Translations under genes and position numbers: made by a program
DNA from: Candidatus Pelagibacter sp.
GTDB lineage: Bacteria > Pseudomonadota > Alphaproteobacteria > Pelagibacterales > Pelagibacteraceae
Direction: 5' to 3'
NCBI RefSeq assembly: GCF_052049675.1
Contig: NZ_JBNGZM010000001.1
Span: 348,242-412,241, forward strand
DNA: 64,000 nt
Shown here: piece by piece, positions 41,510 to 49,958 of the stretch
Layout of the letters: each line of letters starts with the position of its first letter
Position numbering within the stretch: the first letter of the stretch is position 1
The notes under the pieces: model-generated
Database searches by the model: none
Told to the model about the DNA's origin: nothing
Seen by the model: only the letters and a program-made list of their open reading frames with translations

Positions 41510-41791
41510 ATGAAAAAAGCTATTATTTACATTCCAAATAAAAATCCAATGCAATCTGGATTAGCAAAAAATGACAAATGGATTTTAGAATTTAAAACAA
41601 AAGATCCAACAAAAAACCCTTTAATGGGCTGGGAAAGTTCATCAGATACTTATACAGAGTTAAAATTAGAATTTTCTTCAAAGGAATTAGCAATTAATTA
41701 TGCAAAAAAAAGGAAAATAGATTTCGAATTAATTGAACCTAGAAAAAGAAAAACTGTAAAGAAATCTTACGCAGATAATTTTTTAAAATAA
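41510..41791 (+). CDS. NDUFS4 (18-kDa/AQDQ) family protein, standalone bacterial homologue of a complex I accessory subunit
   Basis: NPLMGWESSSDTYTELKLEFSSKELAINYAKK...KKSYADNF parallels eukaryotic NDUFS4 (NPLMGW.S.aD...F.tkE.A..fa...G.....e......K.Y..NF). Confidence 0.85.
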   Translation: MKKAIIYIPNKNPMQSGLAKNDKWILEFKTKDPTKNPLMGWESSSDTYTELKLEFSSKELAINYAKKRKIDFELIEPRKRKTVKKSYADNFLK

Positions 41792-41794
41792 TCT

Positions 41795-42787
41795 ATGTTT
41801 AGATTTTTCACACAAAAGAATTGGTTTCTTTGGTCATGGATAGGTTCGGCTATCATTCTATCATCTCTTTGGATACAAGTTAAAATAGATGTTAAAATCA
41901 ATGAATGGTTTGGTGAATTTTATGATATGATTCAAAAAGCTTTAGGAGCACCAAACTCAATTACAATAGAAGAGTATTGGTCAAGCTTACTATCTTTTAT
42001 AACTTTAGCTGCAATGTATGTTGGTGTAGCAGTTGTGGTAAGTTTTTTTACTTCTCATTATTTGTTTAGATGGAGAACAGCAATGGTTGAATGGTATCAT
42101 AGTGTTTATGATAAAGCTCGAAAAATAGAGGGAGCTGCGCAAAGAGTTCAAGAAGATACTATTAAATTTTCAAGAATTATGGAGTCTCTAGGTACAAGCT
42201 TAATTGAAGCTATAATGATACTTGTTGAATTTATGCCTATTTTATTTGGATTGAGTATTGGAATACCAATATTCTTTTTTGGTGACTGGGATTATGGATT
42301 AATAGTGGGCGCTTTAATTTGGTCTGTTGGAGGAACAATTTTTTTAATTTTGCTTGGTTTTATTCTAAGATTAGTTGGGGTTGAGTACGATTTACAGAAA
42401 AAAGAAGCAGCTTATAGAAAAATACTTGTAATTGCAGAAGACGATGGATCAGTCAGACCTAAAACAATTGAAGAATTATTTGATGGTGTAAGAAGCATTC
42501 ATTTTTTAAGTTACGCTAGGTATTTGTATTTTAATATTGGTAGAATAGCGTATTTACAAGCAAATGTTTTATCCGCTTATGTTTTTTTAGCTCCCGCAAT
42601 AGTTGCTGGAGCTGTTACACTTGGTGTAATGCAGCAAATTATAAGAGCATTTGGAAGAGTAGAAGGATCGATGCAATATATATTAAAAGCTTGGCCAACC
42701 ATTATAGAACTTGCAAGTGTATATAAACGTTTAAGAGAATTTGAGTCTAAGATTAATGAAGAAAATTTAATTGATGAAAAAGCTTAA
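41795..42787 (+). CDS. SbmA/BacA-like inner-membrane transporter (no ATPase domain)
   Basis: The N-terminus (FF..K.WFLWSW...I......W.QV.IDV.IN.WFG.FYD.IQ.AL) is characteristic of the SbmA_BacA family. Confidence 0.75.
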   Translation: MFRFFTQKNWFLWSWIGSAIILSSLWIQVKIDVKINEWFGEFYDMIQKALGAPNSITIEEYWSSLLSFITLAAMYVGVAVVVSFFTSHYLFRWRTAMVEWYHSVYDKARKIEGAAQRVQEDTIKFSRIMESLGTSLIEAIMILVEFMPILFGLSIGIPIFFFGDWDYGLIVGALIWSVGGTIFLILLGFILRLVGVEYDLQKKEAAYRKILVIAEDDGSVRPKTIEELFDGVRSIHFLSYARYLYFNIGRIAYLQANVLSAYVFLAPAIVAGAVTLGVMQQIIRAFGRVEGSMQYILKAWPTIIELASVYKRLREFESKINEENLIDEKA

Positions 42788-43728
42788 TGGCTATTGATAA
42801 AAAATTTATAGATCAATTTGTTAAAGTTACATCAAATGCAGCATTAGCATCATCATATCAAGTAGGAAAAGGAGATAAAATTGCAGCTGATAAAGCAGCA
42901 GTAGACTCTATGAGATTTAGTTTAAACAATCTAGATATGAAAGGTGAGATAGTAATAGGTGAGGGTGAGCTAGATGAAGCACCAATGTTATATATTGGAG
43001 AAAAACTAGGAAAAAGTAATGGCCCAGATTTTGATATCGCTGTTGATCCTTTAGAAGGTACAAATTTTGCTGCAAATAATCTTCCTGGTGCTTTATCAGT
43101 AATAGCTATTGCTGAAAAAAATAACTTATTTAAAGCCCCTGAAACTTATATGGAAAAAATTTCAACTAAATCAAAAGATAGAAGTGTTGTAGATTTAGAT
43201 AATTCAGTCAAAAAAAATATTTATAATTTGAGTGATTATTTAAATAAAAAACCAGAAAATTTAACAGCATGTATCATGGATAGACCAAGACATGTTGAAA
43301 TAATTAGAGATTTAAAAGAATTAAAAGTTAATATTAAATTAATTACTGATGGAGATATTTCTGGTGCATTATTAGTAACTGAAAATAAACATAATGTTGA
43401 TATTTTTTTGGGTATTGGTGGTGGACCAGAAGGAGTTTTAGCCGCTACAGCATTAGATGCTTTTAATTGTAGTTTTCAAGGGCGATTTTTATTTGAAACA
43501 GAGGATGAAAAAAAAAGAGCAAAAAAAATGGGTATAAACGATTTTTCAAAAAAATATGAATTAAAAGAGATTATTTCTGGTGATTCTATATTTTGTGCAA
43601 CCGGCATTACCAATGGTGACCTAGTTTCAGGTATAGAGATTTATGATAATGAATTTATTTCAGAGACTTTGGTGACGCATAAATCTTCAGGACTAAAAAA
43701 AGTAATAAAACTAAAACAAAAAATTTGA
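42787..43728 (+). CDS. glpX: Class II fructose-1,6-bisphosphatase GlpX
   Basis: AALASSYQVGKGDKIAADKAAVDSMR, IAVDPLEGT, GIGGGPEGVLAA. Confidence 0.92.
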   Translation: MAIDKKFIDQFVKVTSNAALASSYQVGKGDKIAADKAAVDSMRFSLNNLDMKGEIVIGEGELDEAPMLYIGEKLGKSNGPDFDIAVDPLEGTNFAANNLPGALSVIAIAEKNNLFKAPETYMEKISTKSKDRSVVDLDNSVKKNIYNLSDYLNKKPENLTACIMDRPRHVEIIRDLKELKVNIKLITDGDISGALLVTENKHNVDIFLGIGGGPEGVLAATALDAFNCSFQGRFLFETEDEKKRAKKMGINDFSKKYELKEIISGDSIFCATGITNGDLVSGIEIYDNEFISETLVTHKSSGLKKVIKLKQKI

Positions 43729-43774
43729 CGATTAACTTGATTAATTATCTAATTTACAATAAAAAACAGCTTCT

Positions 43775-43849
43775 GGTCCCTTCGTCTATCGGTTAGGACA
43801 CGTGGTTTTCATCCTCGAAAGAGGGGTTCGATTCCCCTAGGGACCGCCA
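43775..43849 (+). tRNA. tRNA-Glu (anticodon UUC)
   Basis: Near-collinear with E. coli tRNA-Glu: ggtccct acceptor, anticodon arm cgtgg-ttTTCat-cctcg (one U-U mismatch in the stem), T arm agggg-ttcgatt-cccct, encoded CCA. Confidence 0.88.
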
Positions 43850-43851
43850 AA

Positions 43852-44112
43852 ATGGTTTATTACGTATATATTTTATTATCTAAAGATAATCCTAAAAAAC
43901 CTACATATGTAGGTTATACAAAAAACCTTAGTATCAGATTAAAATTACACAATAGCTCTAAGGGAGCTAAATTCACAAGAGGTAGACAATGGGAAATAAT
44001 ATATAAAAAAGCCTATAAATCTAAAGTTTTAGCTATGAAAAATGAATATATGTTAAAAAAGGATGTAAAAAAAAGAAAAAAAATTAAAAATGAATATCTT
44101 AATAAAATATAA
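43852..44112 (+). CDS. Small GIY-YIG (URI-domain, COG2827/UPF0213-like) nuclease family protein
   Basis: YYVYILLS...TYVGYTKNLSIRLKLHN...GAKFTRG matches the GIY-(10-11)-YIG core plus the conserved Arg. The ATG lies 2 nt after the tRNA-Glu CCA. Confidence 0.8.
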   Translation: MVYYVYILLSKDNPKKPTYVGYTKNLSIRLKLHNSSKGAKFTRGRQWEIIYKKAYKSKVLAMKNEYMLKKDVKKRKKIKNEYLNKI

Positions 44113-44114
44113 AA

Positions 44115-46223
44115 ATGCAAATTTGTATTCTTCTTCCTTATAAAGAAAATTTTACTAAAAACAAAGCGGGAGCTGTATCTATTTTTGTTAATGATACGAA
44201 TCAAATTAGTAAATTAAAAAAAAATATTAAAGTTTTTGGCTCTACGTATAATAAAAAAACTTTTAAAAATTATATTAATATCACATTAAAAAAAAAACTT
44301 TTTTCAAGTACTTCAAATCAATATTTAAATAACTTTATAAAGTTGATAGATAAAAATAATATAGATCTTATAGAAGTACATAACAGACCCCATTATATAA
44401 GCACTTTAGATAAAATCACAAATGTTAAAAAAATTCTTTTTTTTCATAATGATCCCTTAAAAATGCAAGGTTCTATTACTGTTCAAGATAGATTAAGTTT
44501 AATAAATAAAAATGAAAAAATAGTATTTAATAGTAATTGGTCTAAAAATCAATTTTTAGTGAATTTACCTAAAAACGTAGATTTAAGTAAAATTACTGTT
44601 ATTCATCAATCCACATCCTCAACAAAAATTGATTTTAAGAAAAAACAAAAAATAATCTCTTTTGTTGGAAAATTGAATTCATCTAAAGGATATGATATTT
44701 TTGGAAAATCTGTCACAAAAATTTTAAATAAATACAAAGATTGGAAATGTATTGTAATTGGCGATGAGCCAAGAGAAAAATTTTCTTTCAAACACAAAAA
44801 TTTGTATCACTTAGGATATAAAAATAATAAATTTATATTAAATACACTTAAAAAAGTCAGTATTTCTGTTGTACCATCCATGTGGGATGAACCATTTGGT
44901 AGATCTAGTTTGGAAGCCGCAAGTAGAGGATGTGCATTAATAATATCTAATACTGGAGGTTTAACTGAGACAACTAATCATGCGATAGTTTTAAAAAAAA
45001 TTACTGAAAAAAACTTATTTAATAAAATTGATTTCTTAATTAAAAATGTATCTTACAGAATAAAATTACAAAAAGAGTCATATAAAAATTTTAATTTAAC
45101 TAATGAAAATGCCTCTAGATTAATCGATAACTTAAGATACGATACAATTTCGAAAAATATAAACATTGCTACTAAAAACTTAAAAAATCTTAAAATTCTT
45201 CATATCACTAATTTTAACGAAAGATTTGATGGTCGCTTACATTATAATACTGGAAAACGATTTAATAATGGATTTATAAGATTAGGACACAACGTATTAA
45301 ATATTAGTGATAGAGATATAACATCATATTATAAAAGCTTAGGTGATCCAAAAGGATCTAAAACATTAAATAATAAAATTATTAACTCTTTTAAAAATTT
45401 TAATCCTGATATAATTGTTATGGGACACGCTGATAATACATCACTTGATACACTTAATTACATGAAAGAAAAAAAAAAAGAAGTTAAGTTTGTTCAATGG
45501 TTTTTAGATCCTGTATCAAAAACAGGTCCCGATTATTTAAATAATAAAAAAAGATTACTAAAATTCTCTGATTTTATGGATGCGAATTTTATTACTACAG
45601 ACCCAAATTCATTAGATTTTAAATTAAAAAATTCTTTTTTTATTCCAAATCCTGCAGATCCAGCATTTGAAACTTTAGAAAATTATAAGAAAAATTGCCA
45701 AAATGATGTTTTTTTTGCAATGAGCCATGGTGTACATAGAGGGATTTTAAAAAAGGGTAAGTATGATGATAGAGAAAAAATTTTAAGTAAACTTATAAAA
45801 GAAAATAAAAATATCAACTTTGATTTTTATGGTTTTAAAGAAAAACAGCCTATATGGAGCGATAATTTTATTAAAAAACTATCAAACTCTAAAATGGGTT
45901 TAAATCTGAGCAGAGGTAAACCAATAAAATATTATAGTAGTGATAGAATGGCGCAGTTAATGGGGAATGGACTTCTTACTCTAATTGATAAAAAAACTCT
46001 ATATTCAGATTTTTTTTCTAAAAATGAAATCGTCACATATAAAAACTACAGTGATCTAATTGAAAAAATTAAAAAATATAAAAAAGATGATAATGAAAGA
46101 AGGAGAATTGCAAAAAATGGTAAAAAAAAATATTTAAAATATTTTAATTCATCTATCGTATCGAATTTTATCTTAATGAAAACATTTAATATCAAAACTT
46201 ATGAAAGATTTCTTTGGGATTAA
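44115..46223 (+). CDS. Two-module glycosyltransferase: N-terminal GT4/GT1-type domain fused to a CgeB/DUF3880-like glycosyltransferase domain
   Basis: N-module EPFGRSSLEAASRGCALIIS (E-x7-E). The second module starts near nt 45177 (LKILHITNF...) and ends ...YSSDRMAQLMGNGLLTL...YKNYSDLIEKIKKYKKDDNERRRIAKNGKK. Confidence 0.75.
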   Translation: MQICILLPYKENFTKNKAGAVSIFVNDTNQISKLKKNIKVFGSTYNKKTFKNYINITLKKKLFSSTSNQYLNNFIKLIDKNNIDLIEVHNRPHYISTLDKITNVKKILFFHNDPLKMQGSITVQDRLSLINKNEKIVFNSNWSKNQFLVNLPKNVDLSKITVIHQSTSSTKIDFKKKQKIISFVGKLNSSKGYDIFGKSVTKILNKYKDWKCIVIGDEPREKFSFKHKNLYHLGYKNNKFILNTLKKVSISVVPSMWDEPFGRSSLEAASRGCALIISNTGGLTETTNHAIVLKKITEKNLFNKIDFLIKNVSYRIKLQKESYKNFNLTNENASRLIDNLRYDTISKNINIATKNLKNLKILHITNFNERFDGRLHYNTGKRFNNGFIRLGHNVLNISDRDITSYYKSLGDPKGSKTLNNKIINSFKNFNPDIIVMGHADNTSLDTLNYMKEKKKEVKFVQWFLDPVSKTGPDYLNNKKRLLKFSDFMDANFITTDPNSLDFKLKNSFFIPNPADPAFETLENYKKNCQNDVFFAMSHGVHRGILKKGKYDDREKILSKLIKENKNINFDFYGFKEKQPIWSDNFIKKLSNSKMGLNLSRGKPIKYYSSDRMAQLMGNGLLTLIDKKTLYSDFFSKNEIVTYKNYSDLIEKIKKYKKDDNERRRIAKNGKKKYLKYFNSSIVSNFILMKTFNIKTYERFLWD

Positions 46224-46234
46224 AATCTATTTAA

Positions 46235-47176
46235 ATGAAAATTTTAATTAATGTTAATACGAAACAAAATTTTAATAAAAAATATTCTTTAGGTGGAATA
46301 GAAGTTTTAAATTTTGATCTTTTTAATCATTTAAAAAAAGAACATGATGTTGTTTTAATAAATAAAATAAATAAAAATATAAAAAATAAGAAATGGGATA
46401 TTATTATAAGTTCAAATGATGCAAAAATTTTTAGTTCTGTTTACGCAAAAAGAAACATTCTTTGGCTTCACAATAAATTACAAATTGAAAAAGCTTTTAG
46501 AAAAAAACAATTAATCTCTCTATTATCAAATAAAATTGAAACAGTATTTGTTAGTAAATATTTAAATAATAATACATCTAAATTATATAATTTCAAAAAA
46601 AGATTAGTAATACCAAATTTTTTACCTAAAATTTTTAATAATCAAAAAAAAATTATTTTTAAAAAACAAAATGTAAAAAGAATTATTTGGTCGGTTCAGA
46701 GAGATAAAGGATTACAAGATCTGATTAACGTGTGGAATTTAAAAATTAGACCATTATATCCAAATTCTGAATTACATTTATTTTCAATTAAACTTAAAAA
46801 AGAATATCAAAATATATTTAATAACATCTTTTTTCATGGAAGAGTAGAAAGAAAAAAATTAATTAATTATTATAAAAAATCTACATGCATGGTTTGCTTA
46901 GGTTATGATGAAACATTTTGTCTAAACGCAATTGAGTCAATGAGAGTTGGTTTACCTGTAATATCTTTGGGCAAAACTGCTCTAAAGGAAATAATAATAA
47001 ATAATAAGAATGGCTATGTAATTAATTCTATAAATAATATTAATAAACCAATAATCAAATTATTTAATATGAATAATTTAAAATTAAATAAATTAAAGAA
47101 ATCATCTATTGCTTATGCAAAAAAATATAATTCAAAAAAAATATTTAAGAAATGGGATAGATTAATTAATAACTAA
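46235..47176 (+). CDS. Glycosyltransferase family 1/4
   Basis: C-terminal ETFCLNAIESMRVGLPVIS (E-x7-E) and a GT-B-like layout. Confidence 0.75.
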   Translation: MKILINVNTKQNFNKKYSLGGIEVLNFDLFNHLKKEHDVVLINKINKNIKNKKWDIIISSNDAKIFSSVYAKRNILWLHNKLQIEKAFRKKQLISLLSNKIETVFVSKYLNNNTSKLYNFKKRLVIPNFLPKIFNNQKKIIFKKQNVKRIIWSVQRDKGLQDLINVWNLKIRPLYPNSELHLFSIKLKKEYQNIFNNIFFHGRVERKKLINYYKKSTCMVCLGYDETFCLNAIESMRVGLPVISLGKTALKEIIINNKNGYVINSINNINKPIIKLFNMNNLKLNKLKKSSIAYAKKYNSKKIFKKWDRLINN

Positions 47177-47188
47177 ATTCTCTGATTT

Positions 47189-48433
47189 ATGAATAAATTA
47201 TCTAATTTTTTGAAAAATAATCAAATATATTTAAATTTTAATAAAAGAAGATATGATCATATTTTAAAATCTCTAAAATTTAAAAATAAAATATCAGTTA
47301 TATTTTTAGTCAATCATATTTCACAGTGGAAATATCAATTATTATTTGAAATCTTTAATAATAAAGATAAATTTGACGTTCATGTAATTTTTATACCTGA
47401 TGAAAATTACAATGCAGATTATCATAATGAGTATCTTTTAAATAAAGTACAATTTAGTAAAAAAAATATAAATTTAATTTCTTCTTATGATGAATTCACT
47501 AAATCATGGAAAAATTTAGATTTTTTGTTTAAACCTGATATTGTTTTTTATTCAAGAACACTTTTAAAATCTAAGTTTAGATATTCAATTTACAATTTTA
47601 AAAATAGCCTAAATTGTTATGCTCCTTATTCTTTATTTATTGATAAAAACGATAAGCTACAATGTGGAACTTTATTTCATAAGCTTTTGTGGAAACAATT
47701 TCTACCATTTAAAGAAAATTTAAAAATCGTAAAAAATAGTTACGATGCTAAGAATGTTTTAATTTCAGATTATATAGGTTGTGATTATTTTAAAATTAAT
47801 AGTAATAGTCATATTATATGGAAAAATAAATTTCATAAAAAAATAATTTTAGCTCCACATCATACTATTGAGCATGATAATAAAAAAAATTATTTTTCTA
47901 CCTTCCTGAAATTATCTAAAGATTTTATTAATCTTTCTATAAAATATAAAAATATGATTGATTTCTGTTTCAAGCCTCATCCAGCTTTAAAGGAAAAGCT
48001 TTATGCGCATAAGGATTGGGGATACCATAAAACTGATGATTATTATAATTTCTGGAATAATGGATCAAATACAATTCTATCTGAAGTAGATTATCATGAT
48101 CTATTTGTTCAGTCTGACGCACTAATTTTAGACAGCGTTTCTTTCACTGCAGAATATTTATATCTTAATAAACCTTATTGTTTTTTAATTAAAGATAATT
48201 TTGACTACAATTCATCATTAAATGTTATTGGACAAAAAATTTTTAAAATTATAAAAAAATCTAACAATATTAATTCAATTGAAAAATTTATTAATGATAA
48301 TGTTTTTAGAATTAATCAAAGTCAATTAGATCATCAAAAACAAATTTTAAATGAATTAAACATATTGAACAAAAATAATAAATTAGCTTCTGAAACCATT
48401 TATGATTTTATTTACGAATCAATATTTAATTAG
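47189..48433 (+). CDS. CDP-glycerol glycerophosphotransferase (TagB/TagF)-like protein
   Basis: ILAPHHT (cf. YAPTxR), FKPHPAL (cf. K.HP) and SDALILDSVSFTAEYLYLNKPYCFL (cf. sD.lITDYSS..fdf....P.if). Motif-level match only. Confidence 0.55.
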   Translation: MNKLSNFLKNNQIYLNFNKRRYDHILKSLKFKNKISVIFLVNHISQWKYQLLFEIFNNKDKFDVHVIFIPDENYNADYHNEYLLNKVQFSKKNINLISSYDEFTKSWKNLDFLFKPDIVFYSRTLLKSKFRYSIYNFKNSLNCYAPYSLFIDKNDKLQCGTLFHKLLWKQFLPFKENLKIVKNSYDAKNVLISDYIGCDYFKINSNSHIIWKNKFHKKIILAPHHTIEHDNKKNYFSTFLKLSKDFINLSIKYKNMIDFCFKPHPALKEKLYAHKDWGYHKTDDYYNFWNNGSNTILSEVDYHDLFVQSDALILDSVSFTAEYLYLNKPYCFLIKDNFDYNSSLNVIGQKIFKIIKKSNNINSIEKFINDNVFRINQSQLDHQKQILNELNILNKNNKLASETIYDFIYESIFN

Positions 48434-49383
48434 ATTTCAACTTTATTTAGAGCATTATTTTTGAATATATTTGCTTCTTTTATATATCTTCTGACCATTT
48501 GTGTTGTTTTATGACCTGTCATAGCCATTATGCTTCGCTCATCAGCACCCGACTCAGCAGCGACTGTTGCGAAACCTGATCTTAAACTATGACCCGAATA
48601 ATTCTTATTTTCTATACCTGCTAAGTTCAAATATTCTTTTATCAATAAAACTACAGATTGGTCTGTTAATCTTTTGTCACTTAATGATAGACCTTTTGTA
48701 AATCTTCTAAATATAGGTCCTGATTTAATTTTAGAAATTTCTAACCATTTTTTAAGGTTTGTTACTGGACAATAAATTTCATTAGTGAAGTAGGGCAGCC
48801 CCTTAGTCATTCCTTCACCAAATTGATCAGTTTTTGACTTTTTAATTTTTATTTTAAGACCTTCTGAAACAAATTCTAAATCATCATAATTAATTGAAAC
48901 AAGTTCAGTTCTTCTAAAACCACCTCCAAAGCCAATTAATATTATTGATTTATCTCTTAGTTTTTTTAATTGGTCAACTTTTTGATTATTTATTACATTA
49001 ATAATTAATTTTAAATGATTGATTAATATAGGTTTTTTACCTTTTTGAATACTTCCTACGACCCTTCTAATTCCCATTAAATTTTCAATTATAATCGGAT
49101 GTTTTGTGTCTAGATAATGACCTTTTAATTTATGGAACATGCTAATTGACACTAATCTCCGTCTTAAAGTGCTTATTTTTGATTTTTTAGAAAGATGAGT
49201 TAAGTACAATGAAACTATTTTAGGATCTGTTGGTAATGAATTAAAATTATGTCTAGCGCAAAAAGCTCCAAAGTCTGCAAAATCTGATTTATAAGCTCTT
49301 AACGTGTTATTTGCTTTAGAATTTTTGAGGTTATTTATAGTTTCCTCATGAAGTAATTTAAGTTCTGTAGATAGCTCATTCAT
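48430..49383 (-). CDS. Tyrosine recombinase/integrase, Cre-like architecture
   Basis: N-terminal core-binding pattern TLRAYKSDFADFGAFC...PTDPKIVSLYLTHL...STLRRRLVSISMFH. Catalytic GGGFRRTEL (R), HSLRSG (HxxR), GHKT, VRRYI (Y). Confidence 0.85.
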   Translation of the reverse strand: MNELSTELKLLHEETINNLKNSKANNTLRAYKSDFADFGAFCARHNFNSLPTDPKIVSLYLTHLSKKSKISTLRRRLVSISMFHKLKGHYLDTKHPIIIENLMGIRRVVGSIQKGKKPILINHLKLIINVINNQKVDQLKKLRDKSIILIGFGGGFRRTELVSINYDDLEFVSEGLKIKIKKSKTDQFGEGMTKGLPYFTNEIYCPVTNLKKWLEISKIKSGPIFRRFTKGLSLSDKRLTDQSVVLLIKEYLNLAGIENKNYSGHSLRSGFATVAAESGADERSIMAMTGHKTTQMVRRYIKEANIFKNNALNKVEI

Positions 49384-49389
49384 ACAATC

Positions 49390-49418
49390 ACTAATGATAA
49401 CAATTAATTATCGTTAGT
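49390..49418. repeat. lox-like inverted repeat (11-bp arms, 1 mismatch, 7-bp spacer) 7 nt upstream of the recombinase start
   Basis: ACTAATGATAA-caattaa-TTATCGTTAGT read directly from the sequence. Confidence 0.4.
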
Positions 49419-49494
49419 AATATATCAAGTATTCTACAATGTCAAATAAAATAATTTAATAATTTAAAGGACAATTAATGACATTGTGTGAACA

Positions 49495-49689
49495 ATGGGT
49501 ATGAAATATTATTTAAATATGGGCATAGACGGAGTAATTGAACCGATATATTTTTTAATAACATCTTTTGGATTTGCAATATTAAGTTTTATTAATTATA
49601 AAAAATCTGGAAAAACCCTCGAAACTATTTATCTTTCAATTTTAACTGTTTTCTTTATAATATGTTTCATTATTTTAAATTTTTATTGA
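49495..49689 (+). CDS. Hypothetical 64-aa two-TM membrane peptide
   Basis: Two hydrophobic helices (IYFLITSFGFAILSFI, IYLSILTVFFIICFIILNF). Its stop overlaps the next ATG (TGATG). No recognisable family. Confidence 0.45.
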   Translation: MGMKYYLNMGIDGVIEPIYFLITSFGFAILSFINYKKSGKTLETIYLSILTVFFIICFIILNFY

Positions 49690-49958
49690 TGAAGGGTACT
49701 AAATTTCAATTAAAAGTCTGGAATTACCTTAAAACTATACCAAAAGGCACTGTTAAAACCTATAAACAAGTAGCTATAGCTATAAAAAGCCCTAAATCAG
49801 CGCGTGCTGTAGCTAATGCATGCGGAAAAAATCCTTATGCCCCCAAAATACCTTGTCATAGAGTAATTCGGTCCGATGGAGGCCTTGGTGGATACTCAGG
49901 AAGAGGTGGAATTAAAAGGAAACTAAGTTTATTGAAGTCTGAAAAAGTTTGTATTTAG
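49689..49958 (+). CDS. Single-domain methylated-DNA--protein-cysteine methyltransferase (MGMT/Ogt C-terminal domain only)
   Basis: FQLKVWNYLKTIPKGTVKTYKQVA, NACGKNPYAPKIPCHRVI (PCHR active site), GGLGGYSGRGGI. I prefer ATG 49689 to the track start at 49662. Confidence 0.85.
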   Translation: MKGTKFQLKVWNYLKTIPKGTVKTYKQVAIAIKSPKSARAVANACGKNPYAPKIPCHRVIRSDGGLGGYSGRGGIKRKLSLLKSEKVCI

